DNA of 64,000 nucleotides from Somniosus microcephalus (taxonomy: Eukaryota). The DNA lies in the NCBI GenBank assembly GCA_052327205.1, contig CM126224.1, positions 28,086,001 to 28,150,000 on the forward strand. The letters run 5' to 3'. A program made the position numbers and the translations under genes. Positions 1 through 12,874 of this stretch are shown piece after piece; the stretch's first letter is position 1; each line of letters begins with the position of its first letter. The notes under the pieces were generated by a model. The model saw nothing but the letters and a program-made list of their open reading frames with translations, did no database searches and was not told the origin of the DNA.

Positions 1-982
1 AACAACACTGCAAATGGCACAAACACCTATGACCCCAATGGGAAGTATCTTGACCTCAGGATTTGGGAACCGGTCAGGAGCGCAACAAACTGGTGGCCAG
101 AAGTCCCACCCCATCGCGGAGCGGAGCCCCAAGAATTTCAGGCCCCATATGACCAGGGCTGCTAGTAGCAGATGAAGCCAAGGGGAGCTGTATGACACAG
201 CCACAAATATACCAAACTACTGCAAAAGCAGAATTCAGCAATACAGAGCAGTATTGTCCACAGGACTGTGTTTAGATAAAACAAAAACACAGTTTATTTT
301 TCCAAAGCTCCATAAAAGACTTTAGATAAGTTATCCCTTTGATAACTAACATTTTTAAAGGATTACATGTTGGAATCTTTAAACTCTGGAATTCCTTATG
401 AAGTAGAAAGACAAGAATGGAGCCCTAGCAATGTTGTTGACTTGTAGGCTGTAGCAGGATATCTGAGGCAATGCACAATATGCTAATCATTTCAAGTCAG
501 CCAGGAAGAAGAGTACTTCCAAATAAGGACACTTATGAGCAACCAACATACACTGGTGGGCCAATAGAAAGTACATGTTCCTCAAATCACAAAAAGAATG
601 GGAATAGCAGCTCAGATCACTTTACAGATGTTCTATTCCAACAAAAAACAGCCACCGTCAACATTTTTAACACATTGGAATCAGAAAAGGTGAAGAAGTG
701 GAGGACTAGGAGACTGAGCTGCTCAACTTTTCATAGAACGTGCTTTCAATCTTAGACAATTAAGTTGAATTTCCCAAGATGTCACATGGATTCCTGTTTC
801 CATTCTTAAATGGGTCCTTCAGTTACTGTACATGCTTTTCCCCCAACACTGCGGTGTGATGTTCATGGCTGGGCCTTGTATATGTTAGCATGGCAGGTTA
901 ACAATTAACTTCTAATTATTTGACACCACACTGGATGTTCATCAGTCTTTTGTCCCCTCCAAAAGGTGGAAGATTGATTACA

Positions 983-1397
983 GGTCGTGAGACCAATATT
1001 TACAGGCTAAAAGTACTTGGTCAGATTTATTTACAGATTAAGCAATAGACAGCAAGCAAGATTTACAGCAAGATACAGATTCAGCACAGTACTTAAAAAC
1101 AATACAATGGAATTAGCGCACAAGGGGTTAACAAGAGTTCAGATCCTTTGCCAGAACTGAAGCTGAACAATCAGAGCAACCAGAGATCTGATTTATACCT
1201 GGATTCATTTTTCACGTTCCAGTCATTTCCTTGAACATAAACATATAGACTGAGAGTTTAACAGATCTCACATCTTGTGAGGTAAGCCATTAAGGTCTGG
1301 ACGTTGCTGCTTCCTCCATTCATTTCCCTTAACGACTCAGCGCTCAGAAAGGTTAGATTTATCCATTCCACGGTTAATCAATCCACTTATGTTGACA
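983..1397 (-). mobile_element. Possible solo LTR
   Basis: Ends GGTC...GACA (one mismatch from TGTC...GACA). Flanks TTACA and TTTCA (4/5 TSD). Minus-strand AATAAA near 1030 and TATAAA near 1195, in LTR order. Confidence 0.35.
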
Positions 1398-2934
1398 TTT
1401 CAAATAAATTAAGCCACCGAGTAATGTTTGACTTCATTGGCTTTTGAATAAAGATTGAATCAGCAGAGAAAACCCATGTAAGGCCAGACTTTTTCTGCTG
1501 AATAGGTCGGATTTCACGCAGCCAGATTTGCATATGGTCAGCAATGCCACGGAACAATGGGATGCACCCAGAGACGGAGCTGCCTGAAGTCATTTCTTTC
1601 CGAAACGCGACGCAATGACCTTATTTATGTTACAAAAAAGCATCACATTACTGCTTTGTTTTTTCAGTGGTTTCATTGTGGCAAAGATGTTGCTGAACTT
1701 TCCCTGCCCAAGATGGGGATCATTTCCCGCTAACAGAAACCCATTATATAAGGCTCCTAGGACCTGTACACATTGAAAGCCATGGGACTTGTAACTGTAA
1801 CTTGTTGACTGTGCGCACAGCTCAGAAGTAGTTATATGCTAAAATCAGTTTTGCTTTCGCTGAATAAAAAAAATACGGTTTAGTTTTTTTTAAACTTATT
1901 TTCCTTGCCTACGGACCAACATTCTCTGTGACGGTGCGATTGCAAAAAAAAAAAGAATTTATTGGACTTTCTATTTTGTATCTCATAGACTTTAAACTGT
2001 AAAAGTTGGCTTGAGGCTGCTGCCATGGAATCTTACCATGCCAACAGAATGTGATGGCACACACTGGTCCTTTTATAACCAAAAGAGTGATAATCAGCAC
2101 TTCAGCATGGACAGGTCGGGAGATAAGTCCTGAACACATCAGCTAATAACGCACTCCACTTGACCAATATGTGGTAAGGAACAAAGAAAGGATGATTGGC
2201 ACAGTGCACTCATATAAAAAAAATACGAGTTCTCTCCGTCCTTCTCAATGAATTTTCTTTCTTTTCTCATTCCCCCCCTCCCTCCAGTTTGTCTACAAAG
2301 AACTATTTCTCTCGAATGGTTTGGAATGTTTATACTCTGAACTGCAAATGGAGCGTGGCTGGGTGCACAGACTGGTACAATGCCAGCGTGAAATTCCTGC
2401 ATGCCAGCATAAAAGAGCATAACAAGCACCGTGCCAGTTGAAAGAAACAATGGTTGGAAATATATATATTTTTTTTTAAAAAGGGGGATGAGTTGGCAGG
2501 TTCAATTGAGTTTAAAACGCCTTGTGGCAAAAACACAGCAAAGCCATAAATTTATGGATATACTAGAGTGGGACAGCCCAGCATGACAATTCTTGGGGCA
2601 GTTACAGGATGCTGCTCCAGCGTCGAAACTGATTTTCGGTTTAATTGTTATTCCCAGCTTTATCAGTGCTGTGGGATATTTTGCAAAATTTTATTTTGCA
2701 TTTTCTGGCCAGTTCTTCGGCTGAAAACCCATTAAAGCCGCCAGATTTCTTCCTTTCTCTCCCCGTGGGCATAGTTTGTGTTTTCATTATTTTTCCAGGG
2801 AAGGCATTAAAAGACCCCTATTAAAACTTGAGTTATTTGGGGGCTGCATTTCTGAAGCATTTACTCCGTTTCTCTGGGTTTCCATGAAGCTGCACCAATA
2901 CAGTAATCGGTAGCTATTATTATTATTAAAATAA

Positions 2935-3230
2935 ATTGGGAGTGGTGCAGTACTGCCCTTTCACCTCTGGGGTCAGGGTTTTATTTTTAGTCTAGATTGA
3001 TAGGATGAAATGGCCCCCTCCCTCTTTCTGCTATCTGTAAGGGTTCTAAGTAAAATAAGCTTGGGTGTCTCACCAAGTTCCTGGCAACGGTAAAGTCCAC
3101 AGTACAAAAGTGACCATATTTTGCTCCAGACTGCATTCGTTTGAGTCATAAAGACAGCCTTTGCTGAGAAGTAGAAAGTTCACACAGTTGGGGCAGGCTG
3201 GGCTATATTGGACACTGGCTTGCTTGACGG
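2935..3230 (+). mobile_element. Degenerate ancient tRNA-derived SINE, LF-SINE-like
   Basis: CCTTTCACCTCTGGGGTC followed by GTAAAATAAGCTTGGGTGTCTCACCAAGTTCCTGG...GTCCACAGTACAAAA resembles the LF-SINE 5' half as I remember it; heavily diverged. Confidence 0.35.
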
Positions 3231-4295
3231 TGATAAATGTATCAAAAGTGGTAAAGTATTCTACTTCTTGATATTAACATCTCTCACCCTTCATTCACCC
3301 AACAATCCACTAAAAGCATGAAAAGAATAAATAAGATTCATAAATTTGCTGGAAGGTTGGGTCCTACTGTTGGAAAATGCTAACAAGGTGTATTCCAATG
3401 ATATCCTCAGTTAATGCAGTTACAGTCAGCCTGAATTAAAGCTTCACCATTAAAAACCTTCTCACAAACAATCTCATTCACCCCTCTAATCTCTGCCTTC
3501 CTGCCATGGTATTCATTTCCTTAAACTTGTCTTTGAAGCATCTTGTGATGTTTCAGTATGTTCAAGGCACGGTGCGAGATGTGCACAACATCGATGCACT
3601 CGGAGCTATTTAATCTTTTTTGGAATCTTGAGATTACGCACACTTTTGTTTGTACGAGATCTCCACAATGAATAATACTGTGTAAATGATAACAGATCAG
3701 TCAAATGTGTAGGTTCATCGAGTATTAACTTTTACATTCTCTAAATAATGAGAGCATATCAAACCAGTAACAGTACATCAATGGATTTAGTTTATGAGGA
3801 TGGGAGATTCATAATTCACAACAAGCAACAGCCATAGATGAATGATAAGATCTTTCTCATAAGTGATTTAAAGTCAACAACACTGTTTATGGTGCAGTAT
3901 TCTATTTCCTATACATCCATTATTGGTTAAATGTGGGAAAACGCAATATAATTTTTTTTTTGGTTTTAACAGTAATTTTATTAAACTAATGTGTATTTAT
4001 GAAAGAAGATTAAAGTTGTTGTGACGATGTGGTCTGCTACCTGTGTTTTGTTGTTTCTTTGACATCAGTGCATGCTGAGATACTGGTGTGTTTTTTGAGG
4101 AGAGTTGGCTATTGCTGTCAGTCCATGAAAAGCAAAGAGGGAGTTGAGTTGTGGGGTGGAGTGGGTGAAGTTGTTCTATGGGGTGATCTTCTTAATCTGC
4201 CCTGAGTCAATGAAAAGTTGTTATATTCTTTTTGCGCTGTAACAGATAACTGAGTTAAGGAAAGCTTCTTGGAGCTCAAGAGGAGATTTACAAAG

Positions 4296-5077
4296 CGCAG
4301 GAGATGCAATACCTGCCCTTTTACCTCCTCCCTTCCCACTGTCCACAGCCTAAACACTCCTTCCAGGTGAAACACCGATTTACTTGTAGTTCTTACAGTT
4401 TAGTATACTGTATTCAATGCTCACGATGTGGTCTCCTCTACATTGGGGAGACCAAGCGCAGATTGGGTGACCGCTTTGTGGAACACCTCCGTTCAGTCCG
4501 TAACCATGACCAGAGCTTCCGGTTGCCTGTCACTTTAATTCTCCGCTCCACTCCCACTCTGATCTCTCCGTCCTTGGCCTCTTACACTGTTCCAATGAAG
4601 CTCAACGTAAGCTCGAGGAACAGCACCGTATCTTTTGATTAGGTACTTTAGTGTCTTCTGGACTCAACATCGAGTTCAACAATTTCAGACTATAACCTCG
4701 GCCCCTATATTTTTTTCTCACATAGCAGCTATTGATGATTCTGCCATCACCATTTACACCTCAGCTAGAGTCATCTTTTGTTTATTAACTTGTCCCATTA
4801 CCCTCTCCTTTGCCTTGCACCATCATCCCTTTTGTCTTTTAATCTCTCCTGCCTTCCAGCCCATCAGAGGCCTTCCCTTTTGTTCTTTCCTCCCCTCTAC
4901 ACTTGCTTAAAAATCTGTTACATCTCTAACTTTTTCCAGTTCTGACGAAGGGTCACCGACCTGAAAGATTAACCCTGTTTTTCTCTCTGCACGGATGCTG
5001 CCTGACCTGCTGAGTGTTTCCAGCATTTTCTATTGTTATTTCAGATTTCCAGCATCTGCAGTATTTTGCTATTGTAT
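4296..5077 (+). mobile_element. Penelope-like retroelement, 5'-truncated: Cys-rich linker, GIY-YIG endonuclease and 3' end
   Basis: Translation RRRCNTCPF...SLVYCIQCSRCGLLYIGETKRRLGDRFVEHLRSVR (GIY-YIG), frameshifted. Flanked by a 15-bp direct repeat AGGAGATTTACAAAG (4281-4295, 5078-5092). Confidence 0.9.
4938..4974 (+). ncRNA. Hammerhead ribozyme motif, mutated copy
   Basis: AGTT-CTGACGA-A-GGGTC-ACC-GACCT-GAAA-GATT-AACC. Core and stem II are present, but the stem III palindrome ACGT is mutated. Confidence 0.6.
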
Positions 5078-5765
5078 AGGAGATTTACAAAGTTTTGATG
5101 CACTACATGATAGAGATAAAGATTTCAGTGTGTAATATTTCTGTTTTTACTGCTTCAAGATAACATTAGAAGATACCGTGAACAGATATATAATAAACTG
5201 GAAAATTGTAAACGTGTGTTTGCTGCAAACATTGTAGTCCACTCTACAGAAGACTGAATTTACATTCCATCAAGTCAAACCGCTCCCAACTTTGCTTTGG
5301 GTTTGAAGAGCTGATTTACACTCAGCCTTCCAAACTCATTTTTATTTCCTGATTTCAAAATCACTAAGTTCTTTTGACTTTGTGATAGCTTGTAACTGAC
5401 TGATTAATTACAGGGGAACAGATATATTATCAAAACAAGAGTTTGAATCTGCCATTATCCCAAATCAGTTTGATAATTTGTTAGTAAAACTCTTGGATCA
5501 TGTGTTCAATAGCAAATGTTACCTCAATCTACAACTTTGTAGCTTTGACCCAAACTGCAGGAGACATTTACACTGCAGTCTGGGATCTGCCGTTCAGGTG
5601 TGAAGCCCACAGCTGCTGCTCCAATACAATCCGCAGTCAGATTGATTGGCTGAATCCCCGTTTACGCACCAGCCTTAGCGTCATGGTAAAGTAGAAACCA
5701 CTACGTCGTTGTGTAATAGTCCATATCCTAGTGTATATGCACGTCAACTGATCCCTTTTTAGATC

Positions 5766-6217
5766 TCAGCTGGGGCTCAGTTGGTAGCACTCTCGCCGCT
5801 GAGTCAGAAGGTTGTGGGTTCAAGTCCCACTCCAGAGACTTGAGCACATAAGCTAGGCTGACACCTCGGTGCAGTGCTGAGGGAGTGCTGCACTGTCAGA
5901 GTTACTGTCTTTCGGATGATACGTTAAAGCGAGGTCCCGTCTGCCCAATCAGGTGGCCGTAAAATATCCTGTGGCACGATTCGAAGAAGAGCAGGGGAGT
6001 TCTGGCCAATCTTTACTCCTCAACCAACATCATTAAAATAAAACAGATTATATAGACATTATCACATTGTTGTTTGTAGGACCTTGCCGAGTGCAAATTG
6101 GCTGCTGCATTTCCTACATGACAACAGTGACTGCACTTCAAAAGTACTTCATTGGCTGTAAAGCACTTTGGGACATCCTGAGGTCGTGAATGGTGCTATG
6201 CAAAAGTCTTTCTTTTT
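5766..6217 (+). mobile_element. Full-length tRNA-derived DeuSINE (SacSINE1/AmnSINE1-like)
   Basis: A box GGCTCAGTTGG and B box GGTTCAAGTCCC. Deu domain (GAGGGAGTGCTGCACTGTC...TTCGAAGAAGAGCAGGGGAGTT...AAATTGGCTGCTGCATTTCCTACA). L2-type tail. Confidence 0.88.
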
Positions 6218-6379
6218 AAGTGTATGCGCTGTTAACTGTAAACTCAAGATGTGTGCAATTTTTGTGTTATTTTTATTTTGAAATTTCACTCCCATTCATT
6301 TCTATGGCAATCTGTTAAGTGTATAAAATAAGACTGCTCTTCCGTTCCATGTGCAGACCTGTGCCAAAGAACCATTCAA

Positions 6380-7125
6380 GGATTTCAAGTTAATGAGGGA
6401 AGACTAGAGAAGATTAATTAGGAAATAAAACTGGGAAGGGATAGAACAAACAAAAATGGAATGTTTTTAAGGATATGCTGGAGAGGGTGCAAATGAGAGA
6501 GATACCACACTAGAAGCAGAATAATAGACATGTGGGTTTAATTTCCTCAGACCACTGTAAAGACCAGTTAGTGTGTTTGCATAAATTTCTGTCTGTGCCG
6601 TTTAATGTCGTCATTAACCTGTTTATTTTAAACTGGCTAGAACAGTGTAAGAATACAGGAATCCAAATGCATTAATTGATGCGCTGAAAATAGCAGAGAG
6701 AGGAAATTAAATCCACTAGTTGGCAAAGCAAGGAATTACAGTAAGCACAAATTAATTCAAGAAAGTGAAGGAGATTGGAAACAATAAAGGGAAATGAGAA
6801 ATTCCAAAAGAATAAATCAACAGGGAACTGGGAAAGTAAATTGCTACAGGAATGGGTGGAATTGAAAGTGCTTCCTGCAAACATATCCAAGGAAGCTAAG
6901 TGTTAAATAAAAACAAATGGAGCCCCTTCAAAAGGCCAGAGTGGGCAGGCTATTAGTATGTCAAAATTTTGAAATGATTTGTTCACAATTCTTCTCACTA
7001 TGGAAGATGTCAGTTGAGTTCCCAAGGAGAAAGCATCTGATTTGATAAAGGAAAGAGTACATAATGGTAAGGGATTTGTAATGCTCATTGATAAATAGGT
7101 GGGTTCAGAGGACAGGAATAGAACA
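6380..7125 (+). mobile_element. Highly degenerate CR1-type LINE ORF2 fragment
   Basis: Purine-rich tract. The end resembles the FASVFT..ED / DKSPGPD..HP region (TTCACAATTCTTCTCACTATGGAAGATG...GATGTACACCAG). No intact ORF. Confidence 0.4.
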
Positions 7126-8749
7126 AGTGATGTACACCAGTTTGGAATTATAAAGTTGTTAGCTTGCTATCTATAATCTGGTTAATACCACTTTACTTTG
7201 TTACATTAAATGTTACTCTTTCTGCTGGAGCCCACCTGTGTAAATATCTCACTCCAAGCTTTTAATACATTCCCAAATGATCCTATTGACAAGGCAAGAG
7301 AGCCGCATGTTTCCAACTAAATCCAGTTTTGCACGGTAACCTGCGTGTATTATTGTGAGAACTCCAGCTTATATAATGTGTAAAAGTGGCTGAAATAATA
7401 TGAATATAATTCAATCAAGAGGCAAGCTTCTATTCATATACTCGGTGTTGATTTTCTTGTAATGGACTCGTGCAAAGTCCAGTTAGGATGGTGCCCAAGG
7501 ATTTCCCCCTTTATCGCAGAGGGTTCATGTTGGTGACTGGGCCTGAAGTCCTCCCTCACCCTAGCATGGAAAACAGAAAGTTGCAGTAACTATTTCTTTG
7601 AAGAAAGTTTGTTAGTCAGCAAACAATCCTTGATGTGACGGGGGCATCACATGCTAACTGACCTGTTTTCTCTTGTGTCCTCACACCAGCCATGGTCAAA
7701 ACATGAAAATGACCAGCCAGGTGGAGAAATAGCTTCAGTTGCTCATTTAGGAGCTGGTTACCCATGAATTAACCGTGCACAGTGGCGGCTGTGGGAATAA
7801 TAGGACTTGTATTTCATCACATTAACACAGCACAATGGCAAACTAAGCCGATTGCTTTCAGTGTGCGCCATAATCCCAATCTGCTCGAGGAATAATTAGA
7901 AATGCACAATTCCTGCGGAGCATGGACAGTAGAGTGACTATTTCAAGTTAATGTCGTACATCCTAAGATCTACGGGACACAGCAGCTTTAAGCAGTTACT
8001 CTGAAATCTCTTTTTCGTTCTCAGATGAGTCAAGTGCATCTGCCAGTCAATAGCGCCAAAAACCAGAAGATCATATCCTGAGGTCGTAAGATATCACACT
8101 GAAGGTAGTTAGGAATTGTCTATATCCTATACGCATCTTTGAAAACTGTACTTTAATAAGACCTCTATTTAAAAATGTTAAGAGGCTTTATGCGCGATGT
8201 GAGCCAGTTGAAGGGGAAAGCGATGACGAGTACATTCACCGATAACAATGTTGTACTGCTGCAGAATCCGATGTGGTAGCTCACGCAGAGGTGTATGGGT
8301 CCAATCCTGCCCCTCTACACTACCAGTGCAGAGTTGTGCTCACGAGGAGTGCAACACGGCCCACAACGGTGGCGTTTTCCACCTGTTAATTTTAGCAACC
8401 AGAAAATCACTGGCTGCTCGTCAATGTTTTTCTGTGATGTGTTCTCTGCACCAGGAGCGCGGGACTTTAGAATCAGCTTTCCATTCCTCCAAAAAGAACA
8501 TACGTATACAGCAGCTCTTTATACTCATATCACTAAATTAGCAAACAGAGGAAAATATGGTTAATCTACCAGATTGTTATAGAATCAGGGTTTGTGACAT
8601 GGTTCCATGTTCCGAAGTTTTCTTTATTGTATTCAACATTCTTGAATGTATTTGTGAAATAATCATTTTTGGGGGCGATTGTCTCAAATAATTTATGGTG
8701 AATCCCTCTAAGTAAAAATAAAAGAAGTATTCAGTGATTAATTTCTTTT

Positions 8750-8960
8750 TCACCCTTTTTTGGATGTTTTTCTCCCTTACCTCCTGCTGGAGTACAGTTC
8801 CATGGGTGCTGACAGATCTCCAATACCTCATCCAAATGGCCCTTCTTCATGTAAGAGGCTGGGCGGTAAGTGACAACAGGCTACTCAAATGCAGGATAAA
8901 CTGGATTCTAAATCGGACACTGATACATGGCTAGAGCTATATGGCCCGAACTCTCATCCG
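8750..8960 (-). mobile_element. Fragment of unassigned tRNA-SINE family 'X' (3' part)
   Basis: GTACAGTTCCA...CCAAATGGCCCTTCTTCATG matches the copy at 23680-23760. Confidence 0.4.
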
Positions 8961-8964
8961 TGTG

Positions 8965-9033
8965 TTTACATGAAGCGTCTTGGGACGTTTAATTACGTTA
9001 AAGGCGCTACATAAATATATACTTGCTATTGTT
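8965..9033 (+). mobile_element. L2-type LINE/SINE 3' tail
   Basis: GAAGCGTCTTGGGACGTTTAATTACGTTAAAGGCGCTACATAAAT...TTGTTG; same tail as the copies at 18000 and 62074. Confidence 0.65.
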
Positions 9034-9954
9034 GACGTACAGTTCATCCTGTAGCATATCATTACATCTGATGAAGGGGGGGGGGGGGCACGTAATTATA
9101 CAACACGACACACAAATTAACGATACATTTTTAAAGATTAGAGTTTAAGTCCATTACTCTCCAAAAATCACAATTGGAAATGTAACCTATTTTGGAGGTT
9201 TATAGATTGTTGTGGCAGAGATCGAGATGTGAGATTCGATGCTTTGCTTCTGAATGGTGTTGACCTCTAACTCTGCACAGCTAGCTCCCGGCTCTGCAAC
9301 CCGTAGGAACTACTGGTGCCGAGTAAACGTCGGAGTCTTTTGCAAAACAAAATGCACAGATCATGGGTCAGAGCGAACGGGGAGTAAGGAACCCTACACG
9401 TAAACATGTGGCCCTCACACACAGCAACGCCTCACGGCCTCTTGGTCACCTTTGCTCAAAGAGTAGAGTTCATTTCTTTTATGTTTCATAAATCCATCCA
9501 CATGCAACAGCAGAAACTGTAAAATGATACTGATGGCTTGCAGCTATATGAGCCTCACCACTGGCTGCTGGATTACTTACACCCCTGTTCCATATAATGT
9601 TATCTAATGAGCGGAAAGAAGTCATTTTGTTTCGCGCAACTTTTTCCCAGATGTCAATCAAAATGTGAAAAAAATCAGAAATCCAACGAGATTGAGATGT
9701 GGAATAAGGCCAACCACCATCTCAAAGTTTTTTTTAATAAGTGCCTATTATCAATGTTGCAAAATAAAATTACGTTTACTCCAACAGCAATACAATAAAT
9801 TGATTTTTATTTTACATTTATTTAATTCAAAAGGTACATATTTATATACTGTGAAGTTGCTGAACAGTTTTACTGCATATACAAGGAGACTACATTGGTG
9901 CATTGGGATTGCCGAGATAGTGGTGTACACACTGGGTATAGTGGCTGCGTATCC

Positions 9955-10195
9955 CAGAGGGGAGATGAGGAGAATTGTTTTACACAGCGAGTTGAAATGA
10001 TCTGCCTGAAAGGGTGGTGGAACCAGATTCAATAGTAACTTTCAAATGGGAATTGGATAAATACTTTTAGGGGTGAAAATTGCAAGACTATGGGGAAAGA
10101 GTGGGGGATTGGAACTAATTGGACAACTCTTTCAAAGAGCTGGCACAGGCACAATGGGCTGAATGGCCTCTTTTCTGTGCTGTAAGATTCTATGA
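9955..10195 (+). mobile_element. CR1/HER1 LINE 3' end
   Basis: GAGATGAGGAGAATTGTTTTACACAGCGAGTTG...GAATTGGATAAATAC...ATGGGCTGAATGGCCTCTTTTCTGTGCTGTAAGATTCTATG. Confidence 0.8.
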
Positions 10196-11584
10196 TATAG
10201 ACAATTTGTATACTATTGTTTTATGGTAAAACAGTGTCTAATTTCTATTGCCAATCTTGAGGACCTAATAAATAAAAGCAATGATGCATATAATCCATTA
10301 CAGGGGTGCATCATCCCCAACTCCATGAAGACCTTCCTTGTGAAAGCTGAAAGTGCTGCATCACCCACTGTAACCCTGTCCTTACTGAATACCCCATTTT
10401 CAGAACAGGGCTGGAGGGAGGACATAAAGAAACAAAAGATTAAAATGTTCATTTTGTTTTAATCTGCTCTGCCATGTCTTATGCCTTTCTTCTAGATGTT
10501 GCTTGCTGGCTCTCCTCTGCCGTGTATTTTCAAATGCCACCGCACTCTTTTATTTATTTTCTCTGGAGTCTGTCTTGCTATTTTCGCTCCTCATTTATAG
10601 TTGTTGTCTCTGCCATCTGTTCCACTGTTTATTGTGTTGGTTTCCCCGATCTTCCCTCTATTTATATTCCGTCTGCCTTGTCCCTGTTGTTTTTCGCTAG
10701 CTCGCAGCTCTCCTGGCTCAGTCTCGATTTAGAAAGACCGCGTCCCGATCTCCCCAGACTCCGGCCTGCCTGTTCCTCCGCTCTGCCTCCTCCTCTGACT
10801 AAACGCTATGATCCTGGCAGCAGTGCTGGCGTGGACCAGGAAGCCGACAGATGGTTGCAGGGATCTGTACAGAGATAGGCCTGGTCTACTTCCAGTGTTA
10901 TCGCAAACAAGATGCATCGCTGCCAGCTGCTAGAATTCAGCTGCGACCCAAACTTTCCCAATGCATCTTAAATTTCTGCTTACACAAAGATCAAGGTAAA
11001 CGATGTATACATTGTAAGCAGCAGATATGAAGGTGATGGCGCCATCGGTTCACTGTACTTTCCCCTTCAAGATACAGGACCCAATAATCATAGCTGTGGA
11101 TGGAAAGGCCAGGCAAGCAGATTTTTGACCAGATCTGAGGGGAAACAAAAAATCCATCCCTTATTCACCAAGTGACGGAGCTAAAAAAAAACTGCTGCCG
11201 GAGCAATATTTCTGCCAGTGAAAAATAACCCAAGACATCCGACTTCATTCAGACGAAGTCACAACTAACCACCGTTAATGAGTGCAATGAGCGGGGAAAT
11301 GATCCATGTGACTCCAATTAAAACTCGTTCAAAGATTCCCTCTGCCTGTTGGGGTGGAAAATTACGTTCAAAATGTCTGCATCTGGGCAGAAACTAAAGC
11401 AAACAGAAAGGGTGTCGGAACTATTAGCGGCGGAGAAAACAGCCCCAAAATGGCACTGTTCAGAATTAATGAGAAATCTCTGAATATGAAATCTGGAAAG
11501 GTTGCACGCAAACTAATACTTGCAGAGTAATTGCAACAAGAACAGCAAAAAAATAACCTGGCAGGACACATGAAAAGGATTTAC

Positions 11585-11705
11585 AGGAAGGAGGCTATTT
11601 GCATAGCTCTTTACCATGTCCTCAAGGTATCCCAAAGTGCTTCACAGCCAATGAATTACTTCTGAAGTATAACCACTGTCCTTACATGTTACAACAGAAA
11701 CAATG
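11585..11705 (-). mobile_element. DeuSINE 3' fragment
   Basis: CCCAAAGTGCTTCACAGCCAATGAATTACTTCTGAAGT is the reverse complement of the SINE tail at 6130-6175. Confidence 0.65.
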
Positions 11706-12024
11706 ACTTTTAACAGAAGAATGTTCAGAGGATCTGAAGTAGATTTGAAGCAGAGGGAAAAGTTCTACACCTCTCTCTGAATGGACATGATGGGGGAGGG
11801 AATGATGGAAGTACCTGTACAGATTGAGCAACTTTTTTTTTTAGTATCTTCTGGTGTATATTATACTTATGACAATGAAAAGAAGCAGTGCGTAATCTGG
11901 TGAGCAAAGTTGTTTATTCTTATAAATTGCGTTACAACCAAGATGACTTCCTCCAGCTTCTAAAACGTTGATCTGAGAATAATAAGCGTGCAAAGAAAAC
12001 TTTGTTCAGGGCTTCTTCGTTGTT

Positions 12025-12090
12025 CATATCAAGATAGCCGGCACAGGCACGGTGGGCCGAGTGGCCTCTTTCTCGGTTGTATCAATCTAT
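12025..12090 (+). mobile_element. CR1 3' tail remnant
   Basis: AGCCGGCACAGGCACGGTGGGCCGAGTGGCCTCTTTCTCGGTTGTATCAATCTATG. Confidence 0.65.
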
Positions 12091-12099
12091 GGCTCTGTG

Positions 12100-12600
12100 G
12101 GAAAAAAAGCTCTCGGCGAGAATATCTGCATGAGAAAAGTGTGCTTCACCAAAGCGGCACAGGAGAGTTGTGCCAGCTGTTCCGTGGAGATCTACCGCCG
12201 AGATCATCTGACCAGTCAGCTCTGCCTGTGGCCGTGAAAGTGACAACTGCACGCAACCTTTATGCCACCGGCTCATTTCAAGCAGCCATGGGAGATCTCT
12301 GCAATGTCACCCAGGCCTAAGGGAATTGGAGAATTCATCCAGTTTGGCACCACACGAAGTAGCAATGCAATAGAGGACAATCTCACATTTCTGGCTTCCC
12401 CAAAGTGTAAGGCGTAATAGATGGCACTCCTGTAGTATTGCAGATTCCCACAGTTAATTTCCTCAACCTGCTGAATGTCCAGATTGTATGCGATCGCGTG
12501 CAAAGCATCCTCCACATCAGTGCCAGATTTTGTTGGAAGTTGCCAGCATGCCTTCATCCTTAAAAATTCTGAAATCCCTGAGCTCTTCAAGTAGTTGCAA
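12100..12600 (+). pseudogene. PIF/Harbinger DDE transposase fossil (HARBI1-like nuclease family)
   Basis: ELCQLFRGDLPPRSSDQSALPVAVKVTTARNLYATGSFQAAMGDLCNVTQ, then ISGFPKV*GVIDGT, then LNVQIVCDRVQSILHISARF..SCQHAFILKNSEIPELF. These collinear Harbinger motifs carry stops and frameshifts. Confidence 0.88.
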
Positions 12601-12874
12601 CGATAGCAGCTGAGGAATGCTACACTGTCACACATGCCTCTACCGGAGCAGTGACAGTGAGAAAGAGCCATTTTACTGCCTTAATAGATTAGGAAGTGGT
12701 TTTAAGCTTGTCCGTGCAAGTAATTGCTGTTAAGGGAGATGGCAACACATACTGTATGATCCAGAGTTAGTGGCCCCCTTAGCCACAGTGCAGCGTGAGG
12801 GTGCTTTGTGCTTCTATTCATTTCAGAATGTGAACAGGATGCTGATGTCCAAAGAAGAAAAGGCAGAGTGGTCT

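Noticed and set aside
5766-5835. tRNA genes here and at 28500-28575, 44530-44603 and 61478-61550
   Set aside because: The A/B boxes run directly into SINE bodies; these are SINE heads.
10474-10878. 134-aa hydrophobic ORF resembling a membrane protein
   Set aside because: The hydrophobicity comes from a T/C-rich low-complexity tract; no recognisable domain.
12100-12600. Functional HARBI1 gene
   Set aside because: In-frame stops, frameshifts, deletions and a missing C-terminal catalytic region.
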